Assembly: GCA_965203295.1 (NCBI GenBank)
Contig: CBDBCZ010000017.1
Coordinates: 2,432,001 to 2,496,000, forward strand
Source of the DNA: Nitrospirales bacterium
Lineage (GTDB): Bacteria > Nitrospirota > Nitrospiria > Nitrospirales > UBA8639
Length of the DNA stretch: 64,000 nucleotides
Direction of reading: 5' to 3'
The notes under the pieces were generated by a model that was not told the DNA's origin, ran no database searches, and worked only from the letters and a program-made list of their open reading frames with translations. Below, in pieces: positions 38,536 to 48,384 of this stretch. The translations under genes and the position numbers were made by a program. Within the stretch, counting starts at the first letter, position 1, and each line of letters starts with the position of its first letter.

Positions 38536-40876
38536 AAAATGACTTCCAAAATGGGAAGAAAAACCTCTTCCATATTTGGATGAAATTTGTTCTTTCAGTC
38601 TCTATAGAGGAAAAATCAGTCGAAAATCATCCAAATTTGGATGATTATTGTTTGTTCACAATAATCTTCCAGATTTGGATGATTTGTAGGTGCCACAAAG
38701 CTTCCATTTTTGGAACGCGACCATACCTGGATAATGCATTGCCAGCTTTCTTGATGGCAACTGGTTTTGGCTTAGGCCCGCTGGAGTTTGCTGCAGTAGA
38801 AGGGCCGGAGACTGACGGACTGGTAGGAGTCTGGGGGGGTTGACACATTTGGGGCGATTGGGCGGGTTGATAGGGCTGAGGTGATTGATAGACATATGAC
38901 TGCTGTTGATACGGTTGGGGGACTTGATAAGGATACGGCGGCTGTTGTGACCAATTTGGCTGAGGTACGTGGCTAGATGTCCAAGATTGCTCAAGTGCCG
39001 CAAGTCTAGCTAGAATTGTCTGCTGAATATCGTCAATCGCTTGCTGTTTTGCTTCCATGGTTAGGACTTTGGTCTCCAATTCACGAACAGCTATCTCAAA
39101 AAGCAGGGGATCTGGGGGGGGGATGTAAGAAGCACCTCTTTGCTAACATGTTTCTATTTAGTGCTCACCCCCCTACATGTACAGGGTCTGCTTGCTATGA
39201 ATAACTCACCTGATTCTGATAGGTCGCTGGTGCTGCTAGAATTGCTGATGTCCATTGAAGAACTAAACGAGTCATCGGTCTCGACAGCAGCAGCAGTAGC
39301 ACTATCAGTCTCGACAGGAGTGATCGTGGCAAACTTAGAGGGGGTTCCTGTCAGGTCAATAAACATATTCTTGAATATTTTCTATTTAGTGCTCACTTAT
39401 CCCCCCCCCCCCCCAAACTACACCATACATGCAAAAGGGTCTATTGCACATGATTGCCTACTCATGGGCTTCCGTTCCTGAATCCTAGTGGGTATGAAAA
39501 AGTTTACTCACCTAATTCTGAAAGGTCACTGGTGCTGTTGGAACTGCTGATATACATTGAGACATCTGATGAACCATCACCGTCAATAGTAGTCTGGATG
39601 GACAGTAGGACCCTTCGCAGTAGCATCCTCGGTAGCAGTGGTCTCAGCAGCAGTGGTCTCAGCAGCAGTGGTCTTCGATGGTGTTTCGGTCAGGTCAATA
39701 GTTGAATGTTTGACAACACGAATAATTGATCCCTCATCTAATAAAGCATTAGGAGATGATGCAATCATTAGGTACCTTGAGTGTTAGTGAAAGTCTCCTG
39801 CCCTACTCATGTATAAATAATTGACATACATGTACCTTTAGGTGCTTTTGCAGGTTTTTTTGCAGCTGAAGTTTTTCCTTTTTTTGCAGCTGTCTTCTTC
39901 GCCGCTGGCTGCTTCTTTTGTGGTTTCTTGCAGTTTTCTTTCCCTTCTGCACCATTTTGATCTATTATAAACACAACATACATGCAATAACACACTAGAT
40001 CTAATATAAGTACATGTGTAGGCCCAGACCTGATTTAATTATGGTACAATCAATCAATCAAATTTTATTAATGTGTCACCAGTATACACAAACAAGAACT
40101 GCTACAGGCAGCAGTAATGAAGTACTAGTAGTAGCCTGTACAATTATACCTCTCTTTTTCTTCTTGGCTGGTGGCTTCACTGGGGTGTTTTGTTTCAGCT
40201 CCACCAGAGGGTTGGCTCCCTGTTGAAATGGTGTGTATTCTCCATCAATGAAATCATCCGAGAGTTTCTCCATCTCATCTTTTGATCCTGTAATGAAAGG
40301 AAAGTTTTACGTGCAGTATATTGTGCATACATGAGGTAGGTAGTGTATGCTGAGGAGCCCAGCAGAACTGGCAGTGTATTCAAAAAAAGGCATTTACCAA
40401 TTGCAGCAACACGTCCATCGTAAACTGTCCGCATGTACTTGACTTTACAGTAGTCTCCAACAGTCAGTGTACTGCTTTCAGGTTCCAGAATGCTGTTACT
40501 AGGTACAGCGGTCACAGAGTCTTCTCCCGACCAGTAAATCAGGAAAAAGTTCCCTGTGAAAGAGATATGGGTTTTGCTAAACTGGTTTGCACACTATAGC
40601 CGCTTAATATCTGCCCTCAACTGTATATTAAAACGCTCTCTAGTCCTATCCTCGTTCCCAGGCGCCAGTTTTAATACAGCTACACGCTATTCTGTGCTTG
40701 GAACGCCTACTCTGCATCATCAAATACATCTTAGAGCTAGCTAGTTAACTGCAGACGGCTTATCGACTGTTTATCAGGATTGAAAACACGTACACACAAA
40801 ACGTACAAGTTCCCAATGTTGAAAATACTCACTGTTTGGCTTCTGACGTTTCAAGACAGTTCTTAGAGTCATCCTC

Positions 40877-40975
40877 GATGGCTGGCAGTAGTTGACTGTA
40901 AAAACGTTCGATGGCTGGCAGTAGTTGACTGTAAAAACGCTCGATGGCTGGCAGTAGTCGACTGTAAAAACGTTC
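40877..40975. repeat. 3 x 33-bp tandem repeat upstream of the BEN gene 2 ATG
   Basis: GATGGCTGGCAGTAGTTGACTGTAAAAACGTTC x3. Confidence 0.9.
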
Positions 40976-41387
40976 ACACTACACGTGTAAAACGGAAGTG
41001 CGATTCGTAATTACGGTACGGTACGGTAATCGCGCTACTGTCGGCAGATTGTGTACCGCGGGTATTTCAGGAACGATCGAACATACTACGATCGTACTAC
41101 AGAAACGGAACGGCAACTTTTTTTTGTCCACTACTGTATATATATATATATGTAGCTAGAATGAATAAGTAAAGGCGTAGGTAGAATGAATAACTAAAGG
41201 TGTGAGCAAATAAGCATATAGCCAAGGGCTTACTTGACAATCTCGTGTCCATCTCCACCATCACCAGAGCTTTCAGAATCACTGCAGTCTGTAGTATGAT
41301 AGAGAGGGAAAAAAGAGAATCCCTTCTTATCATAAAATGTATGCACACCACATCACTAACAGGCCCACCCTAAAATGCCATTGTGTA

Positions 41388-41600
41388 AGTGCACCACCAA
41401 CCTAGGGCTGCCAGATTATGGACAGTTACATCACTAGGCTGGTGCTGGGCCCTCCCTAGAAGCCATCGGGCAAGTGCACCACCAAACCTAGGGCAGCCAG
41501 ATTATACAGAGTTACATCACTAGCCTAGTGCCAGGCCATGGCCCACCCTAGAAGCCACTGTGCAACAACTATGTGCTGCCATATTACCCACAGTTACATC
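41388..41600. repeat. Degenerate ~85-bp tandem repeat inside the Mutator element
   Basis: AAGTGCACCACCAA.CCTAGGGC.GCCAGATTAT...GTTACATCACTAG...CCCTAGAAGCCA, 2-3 copies. Confidence 0.7.
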
Positions 41601-42471
41601 ATAATGTGGGCATAAACGGCGCCGGCAGCAGTATGAGCATAATTGACCTTTCACACATGGAGTAGCACTGTCAGCAGCAGTATTGGCACTGGTAGTCCAG
41701 CAAAACCCATTTAACAGTGACAGACTTAGACTCAGATAGTGGTAGTGCAGCCCCACTAGTAACTAACATCAAATATTTACATTTCATTAAGCATCGAACC
41801 TCTGGCATTATGTTCTATAAACATTTTTACATGACATTTTTGTGAGCATAATAGGGATCATCAAGAGCACAATTGGACATCTCTGGAGCATTATTGGATG
41901 GCATAATGGGCAGATTTTTTAGCATAATAGCCTCGTCCCTAAGGCTGGGTAAGGCCCGCCCTAGAAGCCACAGTGGCACTGTGGCAGACAAACTTGCACT
42001 TTCACCTTTCTCACACCAATGAACTCAAGCTTGAGAGCTCCCTCTCCTTAGTGGCAAGTATACCACAATACCATACAAAGCAGCTAACTATTTAGAAGTG
42101 ACACCATCCAGAAGTTTTCTTCATGCTATATAGCGTTCATCTTACCCACAAGTTCCCCACAAATTTTAATTAGGCCCTATACCAAAAGTACAAAATTACT
42201 GAAAATTCTTGACAAGGACCACTTTTGCACTCATTGCATGTGCAACAATAGAGCAGCTGAAGGCCACAAAAACTATATAGGATTAAAGTAAAAAATAGTT
42301 CCAATGGTGGAAGACTGCACACATAAACAAAATCTTGCCCCTGGGCTTTCTTTACCCCGCTTGAAACATTTGCGGTAGATCTCTCCAAATCCAAGATAGA
42401 TATCATGCTGCTTAAGCCTAGGCTGTATCAGTGGTTCTATAACGACATATTATCCTTCAATGGAGAGTAAT

Positions 42472-43200
42472 GGCCTGTCACGGAAAAATTGGTCTGGGGG
42501 ACCAAGCAGTCCGGGTGGACTTATTTTCCAGAAAATTTTGGTACCCTCCTGAAAACAATGGTGCAACCTGCGCCACAAGCGAATTCCGCCCGCTACTGTC
42601 TTTAATACGCACTTGATAGTAAGAGTGGACGACTACTGTTACACTAAGGTGGATGGCTACATGTTCGAGTGTATTGTATTGGCTTGTTTCTAGTCACAGC
42701 CTACGCCTACCGTCAATAGCCTCATCATACCGTGCGCGTGAGTGTATACATGAAGCTAGATCTGTACATTGTATAGCTCCCAGGCCAGTACCACTTCGAC
42801 CAAGAAAAAATGCGTCGCCATTTGTGGAACTGCTTCGAGAGAGGGAAAATGTCAATGAACTCGTACAGCACAGAATCGACTTTACAGTCAGTTGACAAAG
42901 TCCCAGTGTAGCTACTGCATCAGTTTGTAGGATATCGATGACTGTTTCATACCTTTGTATTAAGCGACCTAATGGCTAACTAATTTAAACGGTTGATGAT
43001 AACTATGCCATACATGTAAGCTTACATATATGAAGGGAGGCAAATTTTCAAGGTAAAACCAACTCTGCTGGAAACGTGATGAGGGGAACAAAATTTTCAG
43101 GGTAGGACCAATTTTGCTGGAAAAAATGGTCCGGGAGACCAAAAAATTTTTTGGCCCTAGGACCACTTTTTTTCTAGGACTAAAATTCCAGTGACAGGCC
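42472..43200. mobile_element. Non-autonomous TIR element (superfamily unassigned)
   Basis: GGCCTGTCAC...GTGACAGGCC termini with subterminal GGACC/GGTCC motifs. No convincing TSD. Confidence 0.55.
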
Positions 43201-44057
43201 GCAATTCCAGACTGCAAGTCTTTATTCTTGATGTCTGGATATGTAGGCTCCTTTGAAGCTAAGGTTAACAGTGAATCAGACCTACGAGTAGCTCCAGAAA
43301 GTGGGATGTACTGTATTGCACTCACTACACTTTCGATCATCACAAGATAATGTGGGCGCAGTTCGGACTTGCATGGTAAATACCCCCCCCCCCCCCCCCC
43401 CCCTTTTGAGCCTATGACACTAGCGCAGGTAAGCCTTTCTTATCAGCGAAATGGCAATTGCAGCAGCACAATACTTTCAAAAAAACAGCATGCAGCTGTA
43501 CTCACCTGCAGGGCTATGTAGTATGTTAAGAGTCCGAGTCGACGGATTCCACATCGGATTCCACAACATGCCTGCATCCAAGTGCAAAATAAATTTACTG
43601 CAGCACTATGCTAATAAAACTACTGCAGCATGCGGTGAATGAAGACACAACCGACAATGTACCTGTACTTGTCTCCCAGTATCCTGCCGTGCTGGCTCTT
43701 GAAGGCGCTTCGTCATCGCTTATCACGATAGGACTACGCATACTAGAACCGGCCATATCTCCGGGCCACTCTGTCTGCTCTCGACTCACGTCCGCCGCGG
43801 ACGTCCCCAGTTTCCAGCCGCACAATCATAGCCGCTAGTTAGAGACCTACAGTACGCACAATGCATGAAAAAAACACAAAACAAAAGAAACACTGTACTA
43901 ATTTCGCACTCCACCATCACATAAAAGTTCACGTTGCAAACTTTGTGATCATGCCCTCTCGTGACAAGCATCCGGCCGTGACACCGCCTATTCCTGGACC
44001 AGTATTCCATTCCAGTATTCCATTCCAGTAGTCCAGTCCAGTCCAGTCCAGTCCAGT

Positions 44058-44460
44058 TAGGCTTGGGCGGATTATGCCGGCATAATTTTGGGAATAATAG
44101 GCACGAAGAAGCATCGAGAATAATGCGGGAATAATAGGGAAGTTTTCGGGAATAATGCGTGTCTTGAACGGAAATATTCGGAATAGATCTCGCCCACCAC
44201 AAACTCTGCATGCGTTTATGGCGTCTAGCAGTGGTTCTGATGGGAGAATGGCTGGTCTACAGCATGCAAATTAGTTTTATTCTGACGTGCTTCAATAGTA
44301 ATAAATTGCGTCACAAGCTAGTCGCTGACATGCTTTTTTTCGATTTTAGTGGGAATAATGCGAGAATAATAGGCAGTCACTCGGGAATAATAGGGCAGTT
44401 TTGTGAGAATCGGGGAATAGAATTATAGGTAACTTTTTGAGCATAATCCGCCCAACCCTA
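44058..44460. mobile_element. hAT-type MITE inserted in the right TIR of the Mutator element
   Basis: 20-bp TIR TAGG(C/G)TTGGGCGGATTATGC, 8-bp TSD AGTCCAGT (44050-57, 44461-68) and subterminal GGAATAAT repeats. Confidence 0.88.
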
Positions 44461-45073
44461 AGTCCAGTCCACCGAATTCAGACTCCCACCCCCACCTACG
44501 ATTTTCTGCTCGTCTTGAGCAGAATTACTATATTCATGCGCCACTGAGTGGGGTTGCTGGTGCTGTTTTGGTTGCATGATCACTGGACTTCTCTGTCACG
44601 GCACATCTCATCTTGTCACTGAGGGCAGAATTTTTCCAGCACTGTCTCTGGCATTCGACATCGGCAATGGGCGCACTCCCACTTTTCAGACATCGTAACT
44701 GTGGTTGAAAGGTAGATATAAGCGCAGTCTGGTGTAGCTAGCCCTTCGCGAGCTACATGCAGTTTCGAGTTCTCGCAGCAGCGCTCTCAGCGCTACACGC
44801 TACGCTGTTTATATACCGCATTTCCGCGATCAGACGCCGCGGCTACTGTAGTTAATCCCAGCCCCGCCCACTAAGCGTAGACTCTGGCGCCGGCGCGTAA
44901 TACATGTACAACTCTGATCCTGTTATCAGGATCTCAGCTAGAGTTGCCTAAACTACAGATCACCTGCATAAAGGTTAGTAAAGCAATTGCTCAGGTTCTC
45001 TTTTTAGCGAAGTTGTTAAGATCAGCAAAGGCAAAAATGTAACTTTAGTTCCATGCAAGGGACTATGCTTGTA

Positions 45074-45945
45074 CAGTGGAACCTCCCATAACGGACCCTC
45101 CCACCAGCGGACAACCTCCCTATAAAGGACACTGGCCGTGGCACCGATTGAAATTACTATAGTGCTAATGTATAAGAAACCTCCCACGAGCGGACGCTTC
45201 TTGATTCCGGACAGCGGACAAACTGCGTGCTCCCGACTGCAAAAGTCCGTTGAAAACTGCCTCTTATAACGGACAAATTGGAAGCCACACCCATCGTTCG
45301 TGCATAAACGCGCATAAAGACCGGAAGTTACTCTCGTATTCGTAGTCTAGATGGCAGATTCACTCAATTTATCCCGCCTGAAAACTGACTCACAGCGATA
45401 GTCGAGATCCTGAACGCGTAAGTTCCCAGCAGCTCTTGTTTCTGAGATCGCTGTATAACGTGCCAATCCACATGATCCAGTCGCCCACGCAAGTTGGGCA
45501 AAAACGGGCATAAACGGAACGTTACACGGATATACAGCTGGAGCACGTGATCTTTGACGACACGTGAAAACTCTATTTCGAGTCCATACCCATAAGCGGT
45601 TAGCAAGTGTAGAGATGCTTACACAGTTCAAACCATTCTGGACAGTTATTTTGGCATTGTGGCACCCTATTTGTTATACCACTCAATGTTAACGTCCGAT
45701 AACTCTTTCGACAACATACATGTAGCTTAAATTATTATACAGTCATGTAGCTAGCTATAGCTATGCCTGGTAGATACTTACAGTAGATGACATGGTTTAT
45801 GCTTGAATACATGTCTGGTAGGCATTTGAGTGCTTAAATGTGGCTAGAAATAGCAAATTGAGTCGAACCTCCCACCAGAGGACAACCTCCGAATAAAGGA
45901 CAAAAGCCTTGCTCCCAAAGTGTCCTTTATTCGGAGGTTCCACTG
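45074..45945. mobile_element. Tc1/mariner (pogo/Tigger-like) MITE
   Basis: TA|CAGTGGAACCTCC ... GGAGGTTCCACTG|TA, with internal GGACAACCTCC repeats. Confidence 0.88.
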
Positions 45946-45949
45946 TATA

Positions 45950-46074
45950 TGTTCCGCGGGTCCCTAACTACGTACAGAAAACTGCGCAATCCCGGGATTG
46001 CGCGCCAAAGTACGGATTCCTATTTTGCGCAGCGCAATCCTAGGATTGCGCAAATTCCTGGTTAGCGCGGAACA
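45950..46074. mobile_element. Short MITE of the TGTTCCGCG family
   Basis: TGTTCCGCG...CGCGGAACA in a TA-rich site, with internal palindromes GCGCAATCC(CG/TA)GGATTGCGC. Confidence 0.65.
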
Positions 46075-47475
46075 TATATATTAAACGAATTGGTGCAGTG
46101 AATGCAGCTCTTCACCTAACAGTCAATAATTCATATTGCTTTCATGAACCAGTCCCTATGACGGTGTAGCTCACTACATACCCACGTGGTATTCTAACTG
46201 TGCCAGCACTCTGCTTCTATTTTAATACAGTAGCTACCCCAAAATCAGAACTCGGCAGCGAGTGGTAGATATATTGAAACTAACCCACAAGTACTAAAAA
46301 AGAATACCCCTTTCCCTCTCTTTCTTAATTGCGCTCTTCCAATCTGCTCATTTTAAACCTACTTTCCACTTCCGTGTATCACATTCCGCACTCATATTGA
46401 AATATAAATGGCAAAATTAGGAGAGTGAATAAAAAGTAAGACTGAAATTTAAGCAAGGAAAGAGATTATCGTGTACCATGATAATATATTGACTGAAATT
46501 CCTCTTTTGACTCCCTAGCCTTAGCAATAATGTTAGCAAGTAGTTGCTTGGGGTCCCTAACTACGTACAGCAAAGAAAGTAGATGAATGAGGTATTGCCT
46601 AGCGTAATAATCTCCTTGAACTTCGGTTGTAGCTACTGGAAGAATCATTTCAGAATAGTTGCACTCACCCATTCAAACTGAAGTTGAACTTGATTGAGCA
46701 ACTGTACATCTACAGAAATTTCTGCAAGTAGCTAGCTACAACAGTATTTAAACTGGGTTTGAGAGGGATCCATCTTGAAAGGATCCTAGCTGTGTCTGTG
46801 TGATACCTATAAAGCACAACTTGAGTCAGTTTAATGGGGATTGATGAACTGTCCTGAACTCAAGCAAATCATCTTACTAAAGACATGATTTCTCAGGTAG
46901 GAGGATTACTAACCATTCAGCAAGTATTTCAGTAAGTGTATAAGACTGCATAGGATACTATGCACTTCTTGATTTCCTTACTAAGCGGAGATTGCAAACC
47001 ATGTCACTTTGATACCTGCAGCTGTCTTCCTCATACAATTGTACTATGAACCTGATTCCAGCATTAGCTAGCAGTCACTGGTATATTGATTGAAGGGCTT
47101 CCAAAGATCTAGGTTCTATGAGCATCTCTAAAGGAAAATTATTTTGCAAGCATAGACAGTAGAGTATCAGATTATTATTCTGTGTTGTAATTAACCCAAA
47201 CGATAAGCCAGGTAGCAATTTCATATTGATTGGAATTCTCTTTCTACAACCACGAATTCGATGTCTCAAAACTTTCATCTTCAAAGGAATGCTGACGTTT
47301 CAACTGCTGTGCTGCTGTCTCCATCAGGGCAGTCATCAATACAGTAGCTACAGGCCAAACAAAAGCATGACTGTGAAAAAAAACTGTGAGGGAAAGCCTG
47401 GGTACCAAGCTAGGGAAGCCCTAATAGTTTTTAAGTCTAGAGGGGCGGGGGGGTTAATTAGTAACAAAGTAAACA

Positions 47476-47979
47476 CTAGAGGTCTCTAGCAGAGACATAC
47501 CCCGCGCTCCTGGACCCTGCAGACTGTAGCGCCGTATGCGAGCTGTAGGCGTGGTTGATCGCCGTAGTAATGATACATGCGTTTCTCTACGTATACTCCA
47601 GTATGCTTTCTATCTGAATATCTCTTCTAAGCTCCATGTTGAATAAAAGACTCGCATACCATACTCGAGGGCTCGCGTATGTCCGTATTCAAGCTGTAGG
47701 CGTGACCAACTTGCCGTATTAAAAAATGGTGGAACACACCGATAATCAGAAACAGCGTGGAAATGCCGATAATAAAACCGCTTTCTACTATATCAGGTAC
47801 AGACAGGCTAATGTATCACGGATTTCAGCGTTTGTCTTTTGTTTAGAAGTCGTTATAGCCTCTAAATCGCCCGTTTGAGAGATTTTTCAAATTTTTTTAT
47901 GACAGACAACGACAACGACGACAACAGACGGACAAAACCGATTACTTAACCCCGCTTGCGCATACGCGCGCGGGGTAAT
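47476..47979 (-). mobile_element. HINE/DINE-1-like element
   Basis: Minus strand begins ATTACCCCGCGCGCG...GCGGGGTTAAG followed by a GTCCGTCTGT microsatellite. It ends GCGCGGGGTAT, hairpin GTCTCTGCTAGAGAC, then CTCTAGT. Confidence 0.7.
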
Positions 47980-48003
47980 AAATCAGCTTCATTGCCACTG
48001 TTT

Positions 48004-48160
48004 AATTACCCCGCGGCGCGTAGGCGGCGGCGGGGTTAAGCAATTGGTTCTGTCTGTCCGTCCGTCTGTCCGTCTGTCAGGTGTCTGTCCACTCAAAAAT
48101 CGGACGCGATTTACGGGGTTAAACGATTGCTAAACACGACAGTAACATTGAACTAGTTTT
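48004..48160 (+). mobile_element. 5' end of a second HINE, head-to-head with the previous one
   Basis: AATTACCCCGCGGCG...GCGGGGTTAAGCAATTGGTTCTGTCTGTCCGTCCGTCTGTCC. Confidence 0.6.
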
Positions 48161-48384
48161 CAGAGTATTGATGGTATGCACCATGCATGCATTAATTCTC
48201 CTTTAACCAGGATAGTGAAGATCTCGATGCCAAGATATCAGGTGCACTGTTAAAACTGGGGTGTAGCTGTTACACTACAGGGTGTAAGTAAATGTAGGGA
48301 TAGAGGTGAAAGTATAGTACATTGGTGTAGAGTGAATGAAAAGGGTGTAAGTTGAAGGCAAGGTAGTATTGTATGATGTAATGC

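Larger units (their letters stand above)
33288..38729 (-). mobile_element. KDZ/Zisupton-type DNA transposon, 5442 bp, two divergent genes
   Basis: 8-bp TSD GATAATGC at 33280-33287 and 38730-38737. About 200-bp near-perfect TIRs are extended by inverted 60-bp repeat arrays. KDZ transposase inside. Confidence 0.9.
32960..40872 (-). pseudogene. BEN-domain gene 2, multi-exon, interrupted by the KDZ element
   Basis: Exons 40833-40872 (MTLRTVLKRQKPN), ~40397-40553 (FFLIYWSGEDSVTAV...VGDYCKVKY...YDGRVAAIG), ~40100-40288, Lys-rich and IDLT-containing exons at 39200-39965, coiled coil/PQ-rich 38738-39090, and BEN-like 32960-33287. Removing the insert restores KKAGNALSSSAINKEKLKPASRVIQEHPK in frame. 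1-bp frameshift near 33012. Confidence 0.8.
31717..41136 (+). mobile_element. Tc1 (DD34E) transposon with convergent BEN-domain gene; ~4.0 kb without the nested insertion
   Basis: ~50-bp TIRs CAGTAGTGGACAAAAAAAAGTTGCCGTTCCGTTT..GTAGTACGATCGTA and TA TSDs at 31715-16 and 41137-38. Confidence 0.93.
20128..44487 (-). mobile_element. Mutator/MULE DNA transposon, ~24.4 kb including nested insertions
   Basis: Left TIR GGGAGTCTGAATTCAGTAGACTG(GACTG)nGACTACTGGAATGGAATACTGG. Its inverse is at ~43998-44057 plus 44461-44487. Flanks are ACCCCCCAC (20119-20127) and ACCCCCAC (44488-44495), an 8-9-bp TSD with a homopolymer slip. Internal MULE transposase. Confidence 0.85.

Noticed and set aside
38033..38542. 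MEDYINLNKVPKLDEKILPI repeat ORFs; possible CRISPR-like array
   Set aside because: Translations of transposon subterminal repeats that are mirrored at the other end. There are no unique spacers or cas genes, and the context is eukaryotic.
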